Origin: Polymyxa betae A26-41
Lineage: Eukaryota; Protista; Endomyxa: Phytomyxea
DNA: 64,000 bases
Assembly: GCA_003693705.1 (NCBI GenBank)
Contig: RBZT01000672.1
Location: 124,001-188,000, forward strand
Reading direction: 5' to 3'
Shown here: piece by piece, positions 25,771 to 39,896 of the stretch
How positions within the stretch are numbered: the stretch's first letter is position 1
Layout: every line of letters starts with the position of its first letter
The notes under the pieces: generated by a model
What the model was told of the DNA's origin: nothing
What the model saw: the letters and a program-made list of their open reading frames with translations, nothing else
The model's database searches: none
Program-made: the position numbers and the translations under genes

Positions 25771-26361
25771 CTGGACGTATAGATAACGTTTCCATCAAAA
25801 CATTTTTGTAATACCCCAAAAAGATATACAATTGTGAAATTAAGCAACCTACTACCACTCTGAGAAAGAAAGAGTCCGGTTACTGACAAACTTTTATGAG
25901 CAAAACGATGGTCCGATTTCCAGGACTGCCTATACTATTTATTGAGTTTTAAAGGCTTAAAGCAACATAACAGCTCAGAAATGCTTTAGGAAGGTCTTCA
26001 TTGTTCCTGAGCCGAGAGTTCTCCTTGTGCGAGAGATAGTTTTAAACAGTTGTTGATTTGTACAGCTCAGTGTGGTATATCATTTGAGAGATTTGAGAAT
26101 ATCGTTATAATTGCAATAAAATCATACCGTAGTTCGTTACAGGTTAAGTAATGCGGCTGTATTCTGTGCTTTGAGTTTCACCTCACGCCTATACTCAATA
26201 AGCTACGGTATCACATCAGCATAGAGACACGGAGTATTTGTTGAACAGATTTGCCGTATCCGTAACCATCCGGTCTCCCGCAAACGTGTGACCAAATCGT
26301 CTGATATCTTCCCTACGGATTCATTGGAGAGTTTCCTCCGAATCTGATCTGAACGGTCACC

Positions 26362-29300
26362 ATGACGGCTCCTGTCGCCGTCAAAAAAGAGCAGGTACGA
26401 CCCATGTTTGAGCTCGATGCAAAATGAATCGTAACTTGGCAACGAAGGTTGCAGATTGGGTTAGGCAGCATGGTGGACAACGGACCCTGCAGCGAATCCT
26501 GATTGCTAGCAACGGGATTGCCGCCCTAAAGTGTATTCGTTCAATTCGTCGCTTTTCTTATGAGACATTTGGAACGGAGTCTGCCTTTCACTTTATCGTA
26601 ATGGCAACACCTGAAGACGTGAAAGCGAATGCCGAATACATTCACATGGCTGATCAGCTAGGTATTTGGTTCATGTTCGTTAGCGGAACTGCCAATTCTC
26701 ATCTGGGCGCTGCAGTTGAAGTTCCTGGAGGCTCCAATAACAATAACTATGCCAATGTTCATTTGATTACTGAGCTTGCCATATCTACGCATGCAGATGC
26801 AGTTTGGGCTGGCTGGGTAGTCTTCTGACGCCTTGTTTTTATGTAATTAATTTTGTCAAGGGTCATGCCAGTGAGAATCCTGAGCTAGCGGATGCTCTGC
26901 TTGCAGCGGGAGTTCAATGGATTGGGCCGACCTCGGATGCCATGCGGGCTTTGGGTGATAAAATCTCCTCCTCCCTCATCGCTCAAAGTGCCGATGTCAA
27001 ATGTCTTCCATGGAGCGGGTACGTGCTTTTTCCTTTTTGATTCCATGACCTTCGTCAATGCTGGTGACCAGATCCGGTCTTGATCTGAATTACGTTCGTG
27101 GACAGCCGATCGATCAAGACATCTACAGGAAGGCATGTGCTACCTCTGCTGAGGAAGCTGAACAGATGGCAGAGTCTATAGGGTTCCCTGTCATGATCAA
27201 AGCCAGTGCTGGCGGTAACGTAACGCGTCGGGGCCTCCTAGTCAACATTCCAATTCTTTCATTGTTTAGGAGGAGGCAAAGGCATTCGTAATTGTGTCTC
27301 TATTGCTGATGTCGCAGCTTCATTTCGAGCTGTCCTGGCCGAGGTAAAACCTGCTGCCGATTTGACTGCCCTCTGAAACGGCCGCTAGGTTCCTGGTTCG
27401 CCAATATTCCTCATGCGAACGGTAACGAATGTTCGTCATCTGGAGGTACAGCTGATTGCCGATGAGTGGGGTATGCTGTGAATTACTGTGTTCAAGATCT
27501 AAATTAACAGCAATTGTAAAGGCAACGCAATTAGTTTGTTTGGACGTGACTGTTCCATTCAGCGTCGCCACCAGAAAATCATCGGTAATGATAATCCATT
27601 TCCAAATTGATCTTGCACTTAAACCTTGTATGCGGACACAGAAGAAGGTCCTGTTGTCGCCGCACCTGCATCCAGATGGCAGCAAATGGAGTGCTGCGCC
27701 GTCAATCTCGCTAAAGCAGTTGGTTACATTGGAGCCGGTACGATTTTGTTGTTCACTCTTTTTCGTTAGCTAACAAAACTTTGTAATTTCAGGCACAGTG
27801 GAATACTTGTACGATGAAGCTGAAGACGAATTTGCGTTCCTTGAGTTAAACCCTCGTCTGCAGGTTGGTTCGTGGTAGTCTTTTGCTCTTCTTCACTGAA
27901 ATCATATGTTTTAGGTTGAACATACCGTAACGGAACTGATATCCGGAGTGAATCTTCCAGCTGCTCAGCTCCAGGTAGGCACATTTACTCAAATTTGTGA
28001 CTGTCTCTTAACTGCTATTTCAGATTGCGATGGGAATCCCACTACATCAAGTTGGTTAAACGTTTATTATTATTGAATATTCTCACCTAACGGGACGGAC
28101 AGATATCTGACATCAGGAAGCTCTTTATCACTGTAGAACCAACCGGTAACTCATTACTGTTGGCGTTTTTACGAATCGGTCATCGTATTTACAGGACCCA
28201 TTGACTTTGAAAACTGTGTGATGGTTCGGCCAGCTTGCCATGTTATCGCCTGTCGTATCACTGCTGAAAACCCTGATGAGTATTCTAAATATCAATCGAT
28301 TGCTGTTATATAACATTACATCAGGGGATTTCAACCGACTTCAGGGTCGTTGGAGGATCTCAACTTCCGTTCGACACCTCATGTGTGGGGCTACTTTTCC
28401 ATCGGTTCGCGAGGAGGGGTTCATGAATTTGCAGACAGTCAATTTGGTCATATTTTTGCAGTGGGCAGTAACCGAGAGCATGTAGAACAATGCCGTTTCC
28501 AGTTTATCTTAAGTCTTGATATTTCTGCAGGCTCGTTTACACATGTCGATGGCACTTAAAGAACTGTCAGTGAATTCTTTGTTTGTTTCAGTATGGGCTC
28601 ACCCGTTCCTATCAGGTCTGTCCGTGGAGAAATCAACACCACTGTTGAATATTTGCAGTCGATCTTGGAAACTGCTGACTTCAAAAGTAATAATTGATGG
28701 TTTTGATTGAAAGTGGCGCATTAAACTGATGTAAATGCAGACAATGTGATCCATACACGCTGGCTTGAGACACAAACCCAAACGAAACATGTTGTCACTC
28801 GGCCGACGGACAGAAACGCAGGTCGCCTTTTTTAGTTTCGGATCCTCAGCTGAATATCTGAAATCGATTCGATAGTGCTATTATCTGCATCATACATTGC
28901 ATGGCATGTTTTATCAGATGCCAGAAAAGGATTCTTGAGCCAGATCGAACGCGGGAGATTGGTGGATGTCGCCGACACAGAAGGGTTACAGAGACATAAC
29001 GTCACTCTTCGTTATCAGTCAAACAAGTACAACGTCATTGTAAGTTTTGATCAAACGGAGATGCTGACCATCGGCATCCATAATTGAACGCTTGTTTGGA
29101 TTGTAATTTGTTTGTTTAAAATCGACGCTGTGTATTCACTCCAACTTCAATGTCTCATTGTGCGACTTTAGGCATTTTTAACAGGGCCTTCGACAATGAA
29201 TTTGCGTTTGGGCGAATACTGTTATGGCCCAGTTGTCGTCCGTGAGCTGAACACCAGCAAGGTAGTGTACTAGAGGCGATCATTCAGTTTTACATGTTCA

Positions 29301-32300
29301 GACATTTCTCAGGGTTTGCTGCTTACATTTGAAGGTCGTACATACTCGGTGTATGGTCACTCGGGAAGACCTTTGCGAGGTACTTCTGCCACTTTCAATC
29401 TCACATTAGTCTTTCTTAGTACTTAAAACATCAGTTTCAATCAGTGGACAAACAGTCGTTTTCGCCGATGAGTTCGACCCTTCTTGCGTGCGCGCACAGA
29501 TGTCTGGCAAGCTGCTACGTTACGTCGCTGAAGACGGGGCTCATGTCGAAAAAGGGCAGATTCTCGCTGAAATGGAAGTCATGAAAATGTCAGTCAGCTA
29601 CATTGCAGTTGTAACCGTATTTATTTCTTTTCAGGTATATTCCTGTTTTAATGCCTGCTGATGGTGCCATCCATCACGTCTTGGCTGCTGGTAACAATGT
29701 TGCCGTTGGGGACGTTTTGGTCAAGATCACTCTCGATGATCCTGGCTCTGCTCAACAAGTACTATCTCGCGCACTGCTCTCACAGTTTTCTGAATTCCAC
29801 CAGGGTGTATTCTCCGATTTCTTGGGGCCATTCGACGACGGCGACCGGCGCTCCATTGAAAACAATTGTTCCGATCCTGAGCAGGTTTTTACCTTTCTTT
29901 CATGGCCCTTCAATTTCTGATGAATGACTAAGGTTCTGGTAAATTGTCTCGATGGCTTTGACCTTGATTGGGACTCAGTCAAGTCCGCTTTCCGATCGTT
30001 CATGCAACAGTTACGTGATCCTCTGTTGCCCCTTCGATCGATTCGTTCGGTAGCAGGATACATATTCCGATAAGAAATGAATTACTGAACATCTTAAGAT
30101 TCTATCCACGTTGAATGGCCGTTTGGAGACTTCGATTTTCGATGACGTAATGTCGAATGCTAATCAGTATCAGCGTAAGGCTGAACAGAAACGTTTCCCG
30201 TAAGCCTAGTCGGTTTCGTTTTGATAGCAGGTTGTCATTCCTGATCCTAGGTGGGAGCGGGTACCGGAATTTCCTGCCGACAAATTTCTCTGTATTCTGG
30301 ACCGAATATCATCGCCGGAGCAACGTGCCCAACTTGCTCCTCTTCATGCGCTTGTTGAGAAGCACGTGGGCGGCAGCATCATGTATTCCGTTCGTAGCGC
30401 GGATGCCCTGCTTGTTCGATTTCTCTCTGTTGAATCAAAATTTGCATCACCGGATCCATCCGAAGTTGTCATCCAGTCGCTGCTTGCCACTCAAACGCCT
30501 GAGTACGTTGCTAATTGCATTATTGCACATTGCGCTCTGCCGATTCGCTGCCGTCTAATCATGTTACTGTTGGAGACGCTTGAGCTGGAAATGTGGCCAC
30601 TAGTTCAGTATTTAAAACCGACACTTTCCGGTTTAGCTTCATGCAGCAACCAATTTGCGATGAGTCGAATATCTCTGGCTGCACGGCGCTTGATGACTCG
30701 CTCACAAATGCTTCCTTTAGAGGAGCGATGTTTGGCAGTACGCGCTCTGCTGGAAGCAGGAAATCCGCTCATCGTTACGGAACATGTAGAACTGTTTCCC
30801 GCTCATCTCATGTGGTGCTCACTGAAATGCTAGGATATCACTGATTGTCTATTTCATATCTTAGACAGCTGTCGTGCTTTACAATCTTTACGTCTATCGG
30901 CGTTTCAAGCGTATGCTCAGCGGCTGCATCCTACATCAAACCTGGTCTCCTTGATCTCCACTCCTAACAATACTTTCATTGCAATGTTCTGCAATGGGAA
31001 TGTCGTTACCTGGGTGCCGAATATCAAGGTTGATACCGCTGATGTCTGTTGAATATTAGTCTCTTAACTTTTTCAGATGCTTGGTGATGTGATAAACAAA
31101 CATGTCGAAGGCGGTATCTGCATGTTAAACATCTGTTATATGGCGGAGTCGCCGTCCAACTCAGATGATGACGATCTTGCAGCATATCTCCTTAGTTGTG
31201 TCCGGTCATCACAGCGACTGCTGAACGGATGCCGCGTGTCGTTTGCCGCTATTGGCTCTAACTTCCTTCCTCGGCACTTTACGTTTTCTATCGATACTTT
31301 GTCGATGTATTCCGAGGAGCGATTCATTCGTGGTGTTGAGCCATCGCTGGCCCCTCTGTTAGGTGAGGATCTTTCGGCACCGATTCTCTCGATTTATATG
31401 GTTAATTCAGAACTGGAACGTCTGTCGTCGTTTAAAATTTCGCCAATTTCCGCTGTTCATCAATCAGTGCTTCTATTTTCGGTAAATATATCCCCACAGA
31501 TTTGCATGAGGGTTCTTAGTATCATGTATCAGGCCTCACACCCTGATATCAGCAACCTGCAGTCTCGTCTCTTCGCCCGTTGTGTTGCTAGATTAGCCGC
31601 TGGACTAGGTGACAGTCGTGATTCAGAACTTCATCGCAACGAAGCCGAGGCCGTGCTGCAAGACGCTCTTCAAGCCATTGAAGTCGCCTGTGGCCGTGAT
31701 CAATACCGCGACAATCATGTTTTCTTGAACTTCATTGTACACAACGACAACAATGATCACGAACTCGTCTTGCTGTCATTGTTCCAAAGGTCGTTTTCGT
31801 TTTCCTTTGTCCACTTTCCGATTTGTTGAATCACTGTTGGTTAAACAGATATTCAGCGGCGCTCACAAGATGCCGTGTGACATCAGCTGAAATCAGAGTC
31901 GAATTATCGGCTCCAGAATCCACTAAGCCGATGCGATATGTTTGCACAAACCCTACTGGCATGTAACTTTTTTGACCTGGAACGCCCATTCCGTTTTTCG
32001 AAGAGCCTTCAGGCGTTTTGTTTTCTGTCTTGCCATTTCTCTCTTTGTGAACAAACGGTTTACGCTTATCCATTTCAGGTTTGATTCTGCTTGTGGAGGT
32101 CTACAGTGAAGACGAAGCGTCCCCACCGAACTATATCTGGCATCGATCTCTTCAGATTTCGACGAAAGGTGAACGATCCGGGCAGATCTATCAAACGGAC
32201 TTGGAAAACGACTCTGGCAGTCTTCATGGACAATCTTGTGTCACTCCTTACTCAACTCAGACGGATCTCGATCGCAGGCGCCGGATTGCACAGGTTTTTT

Positions 32301-35063
32301 GTCTTTGTTTCGTTTTCCAAATTTCCAAATTTGTTTGCTTTTAGTCTGTTCATACTCTGCTACCTTATGATTTCCTGTCGCTGTTCTCACACGCGCTACG
32401 TTGCGACGATCGTATCGGGGACATTGACGGCAGTTCGCCGTTCTCTGCTATTGAGTTATGCCGAATTGAGGAATCCGCCAGTTTTAAGGCAGAGCACATT
32501 GATGAGTTCCCTTCTCTTCATGATCATGGGCTTTGTGCTGTGAAACGCCCGATCGGCAAAAACACCATCGGAATGGTGGCCTGGCTGTGCAAAATTTATT
32601 CTGCTGCTCAGAATGCCCTTCGTGATATTGTCTTAATCGCGAACGATATCACACATCAGGTTTGGTTTTACAGTATTGGCTTCGTTTTTTAATGTCTCCA
32701 AGATGGGCAGTTTCGGTGTCGACGAAGATGAGCTGTTTTTGCGCTGCTCTCGATTCTCTCGTATGCACAACATGGCCCGTATATATATTGCTGGAAACAG
32801 CGGTGCTAGAATCGGTGTTGCTGATGAAGTTGAAAAGTTCATTAAGGTTTGCTGTAATGACTGTTGCCGTTTCTGTTCATAAACTGATAGATTGATTAGG
32901 TGGACTGGGTCGATGATTGTGATCATCGTAAAGGATTCAACTATATCTATGTCGATGCCGATGTCCATGATCGAATTAGCGACAGCCTAATAACCACTCC
33001 GATAACCGTAGCATTGGCTGAGGGCAACAGCGAACTTCGATTCCGGATTGATGACATCATCGGGCAAAAGAAAGGGTTGGGCGTAGAGAATCTCGCAGGA
33101 AGCGGCTCCATCGCTGGCGAAACTTCTGCAGCCTACAACGAAACTTTTACACTCTCTTATGTCTCTACCAGGCATTACTTTTTGTGTTCTTTTGAAGTCA
33201 GTGTTTCTCAGTCAATCTTAGATCGGTCGGAATCGGCGCATATCTAGTCCGTCTGGGACAGCGCGTCATCCAGAAGCGAGGCGGTTTTGCACCGATTATT
33301 CTTACTGGTTGATGAATTACTCTACGATCAGTCCATTATTGATCTCAACTTAATCGTCAGGGTTCGGTGCGCTGAACAAAGTATTGGGAAGCAACGTTTA
33401 CAAAAGCAACAGGCAACTGGGCGGATCTGAATTGATGGCAGGTATTGAATGCGGATTTATTGTTAGTGAGATATTGAATGCAATTTTTATAGGAAACGGA
33501 ATCACTCATCAGATTGTTGCTGATGGTAGGAATCTGGTAATCCAATTGGCAGCAAAGTCATTGAAGTTTTGGTTAGATATGGAAGGTGTCAGATCGATTC
33601 TGAACTGGCTGGAATACGTTCCATTTTGTAATGTCACGTCACGATCAAATCTTCAACAGCGGCAGCTTTCAACACTCTGCGATCCCATTGATCGGCCAAT
33701 GTCATGCGAGATCATTCAAGAACTGACTTCTGCCGATCCTCGACTTCTCCTAAACGGCGATCATGATCGGAATATTCCAGGTCTATTTGATAAGAATAGT
33801 TGGGTAATCTCTTCGCTTTATTGCCGCGCAACTCCAGATTGAGCTCCTCAAAGGTAGAATGTCTGAAAGATTGGGCCCGGACAGCGATCACAGGCCGCGC
33901 TCGTATCGGTGGAATTCCAGTTGGCATCATTGCGGTTGAAACTCGATCACAACATAAAATTACTCCACCTGACCCTGTTCGTATTTGAAGAACTGAAATC
34001 TAACTGAGCTTTATTAAATGTCTCAGGTCTTCCCTGAATCACAAAAGTCGTTGAGAAACCAGCCCGGCTGCGTTCTTTTCCCAGACAGCGCTTTCAAAGT
34101 TGCTCAATCTATTCGCGATTTCACTCGCGAGAACCTTCCCATTATTATAATGGTAATTTGACTGTCTGTACTATCGCTGTGGTCTGATCTCAATTAGGCT
34201 AACTGGCGGGGATTTAGCGGTGGTCAGAGAGATATGCACGACGAAGTCCTAAAATACGGTGCTATGATGGTTGATGCTCTTCGCGAATGTCATGTTCCTG
34301 TAATTGTATATCTGCCTCCGAACTCGGAACTACGTGGTGGCGCCTGGGTCGTTGTCGATCGCAACGTTAACCGTAATGTTATGGAGATGTATGCAGACCC
34401 ATCCTCTAGAGGAGGCGTTCTGGAGCCGGCCGGTATTATTGATGTCAAATTCCGAAAGGCCAAAGTTAGTAACCTTCTACAACGCAATATGCTTTGCACT
34501 TAGCAATTTCATAGCTTGAAGCTTTGATTTCCAGACTCAATCCAGAGCTTCTAAAGGATCCAGAACGGTTGTCGGCGCTTCGGCCAGTCTATATTAGCGT
34601 TGCCGAGAAGTTCGCTGATCTTCATGATACTCCCCATCGCATGCTCGCTGTCGGTGCCATTGATGGAATCCTAAGTTGGGAGAATAGCCGTCGTTTCCTA
34701 TACTGGCGGATTCGGCGGCGTATGATGGAGTGCACAATTTTACAGAGAACGCCACGCGAAGTACTCCTTTATGCTCTAAATCTCCCGTCTACAACAGTAG
34801 ACATTTTCGACATTGATCTGCTGAGAATGGTTTTCCAGCGTATTGCTAAGAAGGAACAGGATTTCAGCGGACATGCCCAAGATGAGCAAATCGTTGAATG
34901 GCTTCAAAACAGTCAATCGAAGATCGATGAGTTTCTGAAATCGCCCCGCATGCAATTGAAAGCAGACCAGATGCTGAGACAAATGGACAAGCAGGATAAG
35001 CTTGACTTATACCGACGATTACAAAAAGAGCTGCACCAAGAGCAAGAAAACTTGGCGCTTTAA
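26362..35063 (+). CDS. ACC1: Multidomain eukaryotic acetyl-CoA carboxylase (BC-BCCP-central-CT), roughly 40 introns
   Basis: BC domain: [76 protein letters not shown]. Biotinylation site EMEVMKM. CT domain: [62 protein letters not shown]. No evident transit peptide. Confidence 0.98.
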
Positions 35064-35122
35064 TTCCTGAGTTTTTTATAGTTAATTATGATAAATTAAT
35101 GAGCCATGTCGATGATAGATAT

Positions 35123-38110
35123 TCATTCTGATTTCGGGAATGAACCAAACCTTGCAATTTGTTGACGTAACTTGTGATTGTCGGCAACAGTCTGAGCGAG
35201 TTCATGTCTTAAATGGTCGAGTTCGGCATTGAACTGGGCAGCCAGTTCCATCTGATGCAACTTAACGGGAAACCGTTGCGAAATGAGAGTCATCTTACCT
35301 TTTGCCCATGGAAATAACGGATCATATCCAAATGAAGATTGCGAATATCATTACGTATGGCAACGATGGGTTCATCCAAAGCAGAGCGAATAACCTAACC
35401 CAATTAGTCACCAAAAATGATTGACAGAATAACTCAATCCAACCTCAGCCTGAATTGAGACCCCGGACGGCGGTACCGATTGATTGAATGTTTGTAAAGG
35501 GAAGACAGGTGGCTTAGAGCTATCTGCTGGTTCCGACTGTTCAGGCAATTCTTCCGGCTGTTCTGTTGATAGTGACAATTTTGAAGCAGCCGCTGCTTCA
35601 GAGTTCAAAGTTCTGGCGTCTTTGTAGACACCATCTGCATTCGATAGTGATAAGATTTCAGTTAATGACAAATGCTTTACATTCGACAGACCTTGGTCTT
35701 TACAAATAATATCGTCAGCTCGGTTCAGTCCGAATACGTTCTCAACAGACACAGGGCTAGTTCGCTTTGATTCATTTGGCGTTACCTTCACAGGCATTGG
35801 TTGGTCCTCATCTGAAGCCATCATGGACATAGGACTGGATAACTTCTCTGGCGACTTCTTTTCAAAAACAGCTGAGCGCTGAACAGGTTCACGATCATCA
35901 TTCTAAATGACAAAATATAAGCCAACGTGAATTATGAATCCATACATGATTTACTGAAAGGATCGTTGGATTAACACCTTCATGGGCATCCTCCGACTTG
36001 TAAGCGACGTCATCGCGATATTCACCAGAAAGCGATTCTGAGTAGCCAATTTTCTGGGGCAAATTGTTTAAAGCAGGTTTTTGCTTCTCCCTCCGACTAT
36101 CGCGAGCCAGGGAGAACTCGGAATTCATCCTAGACTGGACTGGAGAGAAGAGAGAGCTGCCCTTCATCAGCAACGACATATTCTGCGAATTGATCAGGCA
36201 ATATTAGTGAGCTGAAGAGAATATCATCACCTCTCGATTATCACGAAGGTCATCGCCTTCAATCTCTTTCCGATTCAGATCAGAAATCGAAGCCGTACTA
36301 CTTGAATACTCTTCACGAGATGGCTTGTCTGACGCAATCTGTTCACCTCGCGATATGATGGGTTTTTCTAAAGCTTTATAGTCCACTGTAGATCTTAAAG
36401 GAGAAAACATCGACGACATGGACGCCTTTAGATATCGGTGTCAATTTATCTCACAAGCAACAATTGTCGTTCTTGTTACCAAAGCAGGAGCTGAAGACTG
36501 CACTAATTCAGGTGAAGCTGAACGCAGCTAAGCAAAACATGACGTTCGTTGATCTTTAACTCACAAGTGGTTTTAGAAGAGCGAATTGGAGAGAAGAACG
36601 AAGACGATATGGACGCCGCGCCTACAGAACTATGAACTAAACTGAAAACGAAAAATAAAAACAAATCTATACCAGGAGTATCAGCAATTGCTGAGGCGCT
36701 GAGTTCGGTAGCTTGATGAATAGGCAGTGTGACATATTTCAACAATCTGGTGAAAGCTCCTGAAAACTTGAGCAGCGGCTGCGATGTTGAACGTAGATCA
36801 TAGACCGTGGTCTGAACTTACCAATCATCAGCATTATCATGTAGCAGAACTTCCATCATACATACACAAGGAATCTGTTAAAACAATAGAGGCTCCATTC
36901 GGGGCGAATTGCACAGCCGTTAAAGGCGCCTCGGTCTGAATCCGGGTCGCGATCTTCAGTTTGGCGCCGATATCGAAAAACGAAACGAAACGATCCAGGC
37001 CGCAAGTCACGAAAAACACCTTCGTGATGATGGTTGAGTTTCGTCGAACTGAGCGGATGCTGAACTTGACGAACCTTGTTAGTAGGTGAGAATGCAGCAC
37101 CAGTAACTGGTGCTGCATGAACATTGACGAATTTCACAACGACGCCTTTCGATTTCACATCATAGATGACGATGGAGCCGCTATCATCTGTAGCACAGAT
37201 GAGGTATTTACGTAGAGGAGAGAAGACCAGGTTCGTGATCGCCTAATTCCATTATTGATCAGATGGCTTCAGAATCGGTTAAAAGACAGACCGCATGTGA
37301 GACCTCATGAACGATTTTGCTCAAGATAAGGCTGTAGAAAACGAGATTATGCTCGCTGCATGACGCCGCATAGCTGGATGAAAACAGATTTCAATTTTCG
37401 GTGTCGCTCTCGAATAACCAGAAGCCGTTAGATAAAAAAACTACAATCTCGAAAACGCAACATGCCAAAATAATGAAGAGATTTTGAAACAAATAAAACC
37501 TGTCATCGTTATTGATAGCGACACGTTTAACCGCCTCTTCATGAGCCTTGTAAGACGTATAGCGTTGCGAATTAAACGCGTTCCAAACCTGGCAGGAACA
37601 ACCATTCACCAACCCAGTACATCAGATGATGTTATACTGACATGGATCTCACCCAGATTCGATCCACAAGATATATATCGATGTGAGTCTTGAGATAAAC
37701 AAACACAATTCAGAACCAGATTGCTCTATAGCTCGCGTTAATTACAGAAATCGAGCAGAAATGAAACTCCTTTTTGAGAACAGAATTAAATGTCAGAAGC
37801 TGACCTGAATAAGCTGCAATGGCTCTAAATCGAATACTGAATGGACATAGATAGAGCCATCAGAGGTCAGAGACACCACTTTCGTATCTGCTGCATCATA
37901 TGCAACTATCTGACCTATCAGATATGGACGTCATCAGCTGATTCTCGTAAAGAGCCAATCCCAGCCCGAACCATGATCGCCATAGCTGAATCGAAGGCGG
38001 CGCCATTGCTGAACAGGGATTCCCGATTCACAGGTTGTCACATGCAGATCGCCCTGACGTTCGAGCTGGCCAACTAGGATGCCACGAAATGGCTCCTCGA
38101 CACCCATTTA
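35123..38110 (-). CDS. NEDD1: NEDD1/GCP-WD gamma-tubulin ring complex adaptor (start approximate)
   Basis: WD40 repeats (DDSGSIVIYDV, HAAPVTGAAFSP..VTCGLDRFVSFFDI, EAPLTAVQF) and a long Ser/Pro-rich linker. The C-terminal helix IRNDIRNLHLDMIRYFHGQ..ELAQTVADNHKLR is typical of NEDD1. Confidence 0.85.
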
Positions 38111-38441
38111 GTCGGGGCAAGGTTGCTGCGAACTTTTTCAACGCCTCTGTCTCTATGTGTTAGGCACACCAAAAAGTCGACGCTGTTGCGATAACTGCTT
38201 CGATCCAGCTTCGTCGAAGTACGATACCTTTTTTTAAGGGTAATCACCTAAAGATAAAAAAAAGTGAAAACAAATAGAAACACGAGCAGTGACTATTGGA
38301 AAGGAGACAGTTTGATATATATTATATTATTATGCTGTGCATCACTTATTGAAGCAATAAAAATACTTTCTAGGGAGATTATGATATACAGCTCAATATC
38401 GTTAACAACGAGGCATGGAGAACGTTAAAGCCATTTTTGAT

Positions 38442-39558
38442 TCAAGTCATTTGTTCGATGAGATGGCCGGGGCGGACCTCCTCCAAAATCGAGGATCCGA
38501 ACACACGTTTTCGTAGTGTGATCTGCACGGCACTGGTTCTTCTCAACAGAAGCCAGGTCTGTAGCCAGGCTAGACCGAGAATAGCTGACAGCACGAAGAC
38601 GATCCTTGACATCCACCATTTTCTAATTCCGGTTATCACCAGCAATCTTCGGCTAAATGTCGAATCGGCACACCTTCAATATGGATTATAAGCTTGCGGG
38701 AAACAATGGGCAAGAAACGCCATACCTTTTAAGAACTTTGATTCTACAACAGTTGCGAGATTGGAATAGACGGATGGCATCTTCCAGAATGTCATCATCG
38801 ATCAGCAGCTGTTCGTTGATATGTAGAATCGTGAAGGGTGACGGCCAGTTCAGTCTCGAGATATCAACATTCTTATCTTCATTCGACCACGTAGTAAATG
38901 ACACCGTCTGTATCAAATCCATGAGAATCCCTTCGCGAACACCCTCAGAAATTCTATCACCAACCTTCCAGGTTGTTCCGCTGCATTTCGTCGGCGTGTA
39001 CGTCGACATATAAACTTCGGGATTGCAGGCGATGAACGCCTTCAGCTCGTCTATAGCGAACTGCCTGCCGACTCGCTCGGACAGCACCTGATACCCACCA
39101 TCAATCGCAATCGTCGGCTGGCGATTCCGCCAAACCTACATGGGCCGTGCTGGATCCCAGCAGCGCATGCAGAACGTAGAGGATGTAGAAGGCGATGCAG
39201 ACGCCAAACGCCGCCCCGACATTGCTCGTCTGATTCTGAAATGAAATCGTGGAAGTTCTATAGAGCAGTTAGTGACTAAGGACGACGTGACCCGACGACG
39301 TCGTCCCTACATGTAATATCTATCAGAGCACCAGAAGAACACAGCGCATATCCCAGCACAGATAGATGTCAATTGGCATAGCAGACCGAAATGCAATAGA
39401 TATTCGCGCGTGCAGAACGGGCGGGCTTTAGGTGAAAGGATCGGCCGGATTGTGGGCGTGGCGATGGACGGCGCCGCAGCAGACGGAATCGCGATGGTCA
39501 GGCGAGATTTGGCTCGGGCGCGCTGGCTGGGATGTGAACCAGGCACGGGCTGTCCCAT
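38442..39558 (-). CDS. TMEM151-like membrane protein
   Basis: Two N-terminal TM segments (LLCQLTSICAGICAVFFW; AFGVCIAFYILYVLHALLGSST), a cytosolic domain, and a C-terminal KWWMSRIVFVLSAILGLAWLQTWLLLRRT..ITLRKRVF resembling the TMEM151 signature. Confidence 0.6.
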
Positions 39559-39896
39559 AAAGGTTGAAGGTGGTTTTGGATCGAGGCCGGAAAGGGATCA
39601 GAAATTAGATCCACTTGGCTGAGAGGTGATGGCACAGTCACCTTGAGCGAAAGAAAAAAATTTTGATTAATCCAAATTATTTTCGTTCCGCCTGCTTCCG
39701 GCGGATCTACTCGCTTTGATCGTTGTATGCTGTTCACGTGATGGAGGGGCAGTTTTGCACACCTTTGAAAAATCGCTGCCAACCATGATGTCATCCTATC
39801 AGATTGGGAGCAAAATTTCGTTTTATGAACTTTAAATAGGTGCTTGTTAAATACATGGGAAATATTATACGGATAGGTAAGTTTTTACATACAAGG

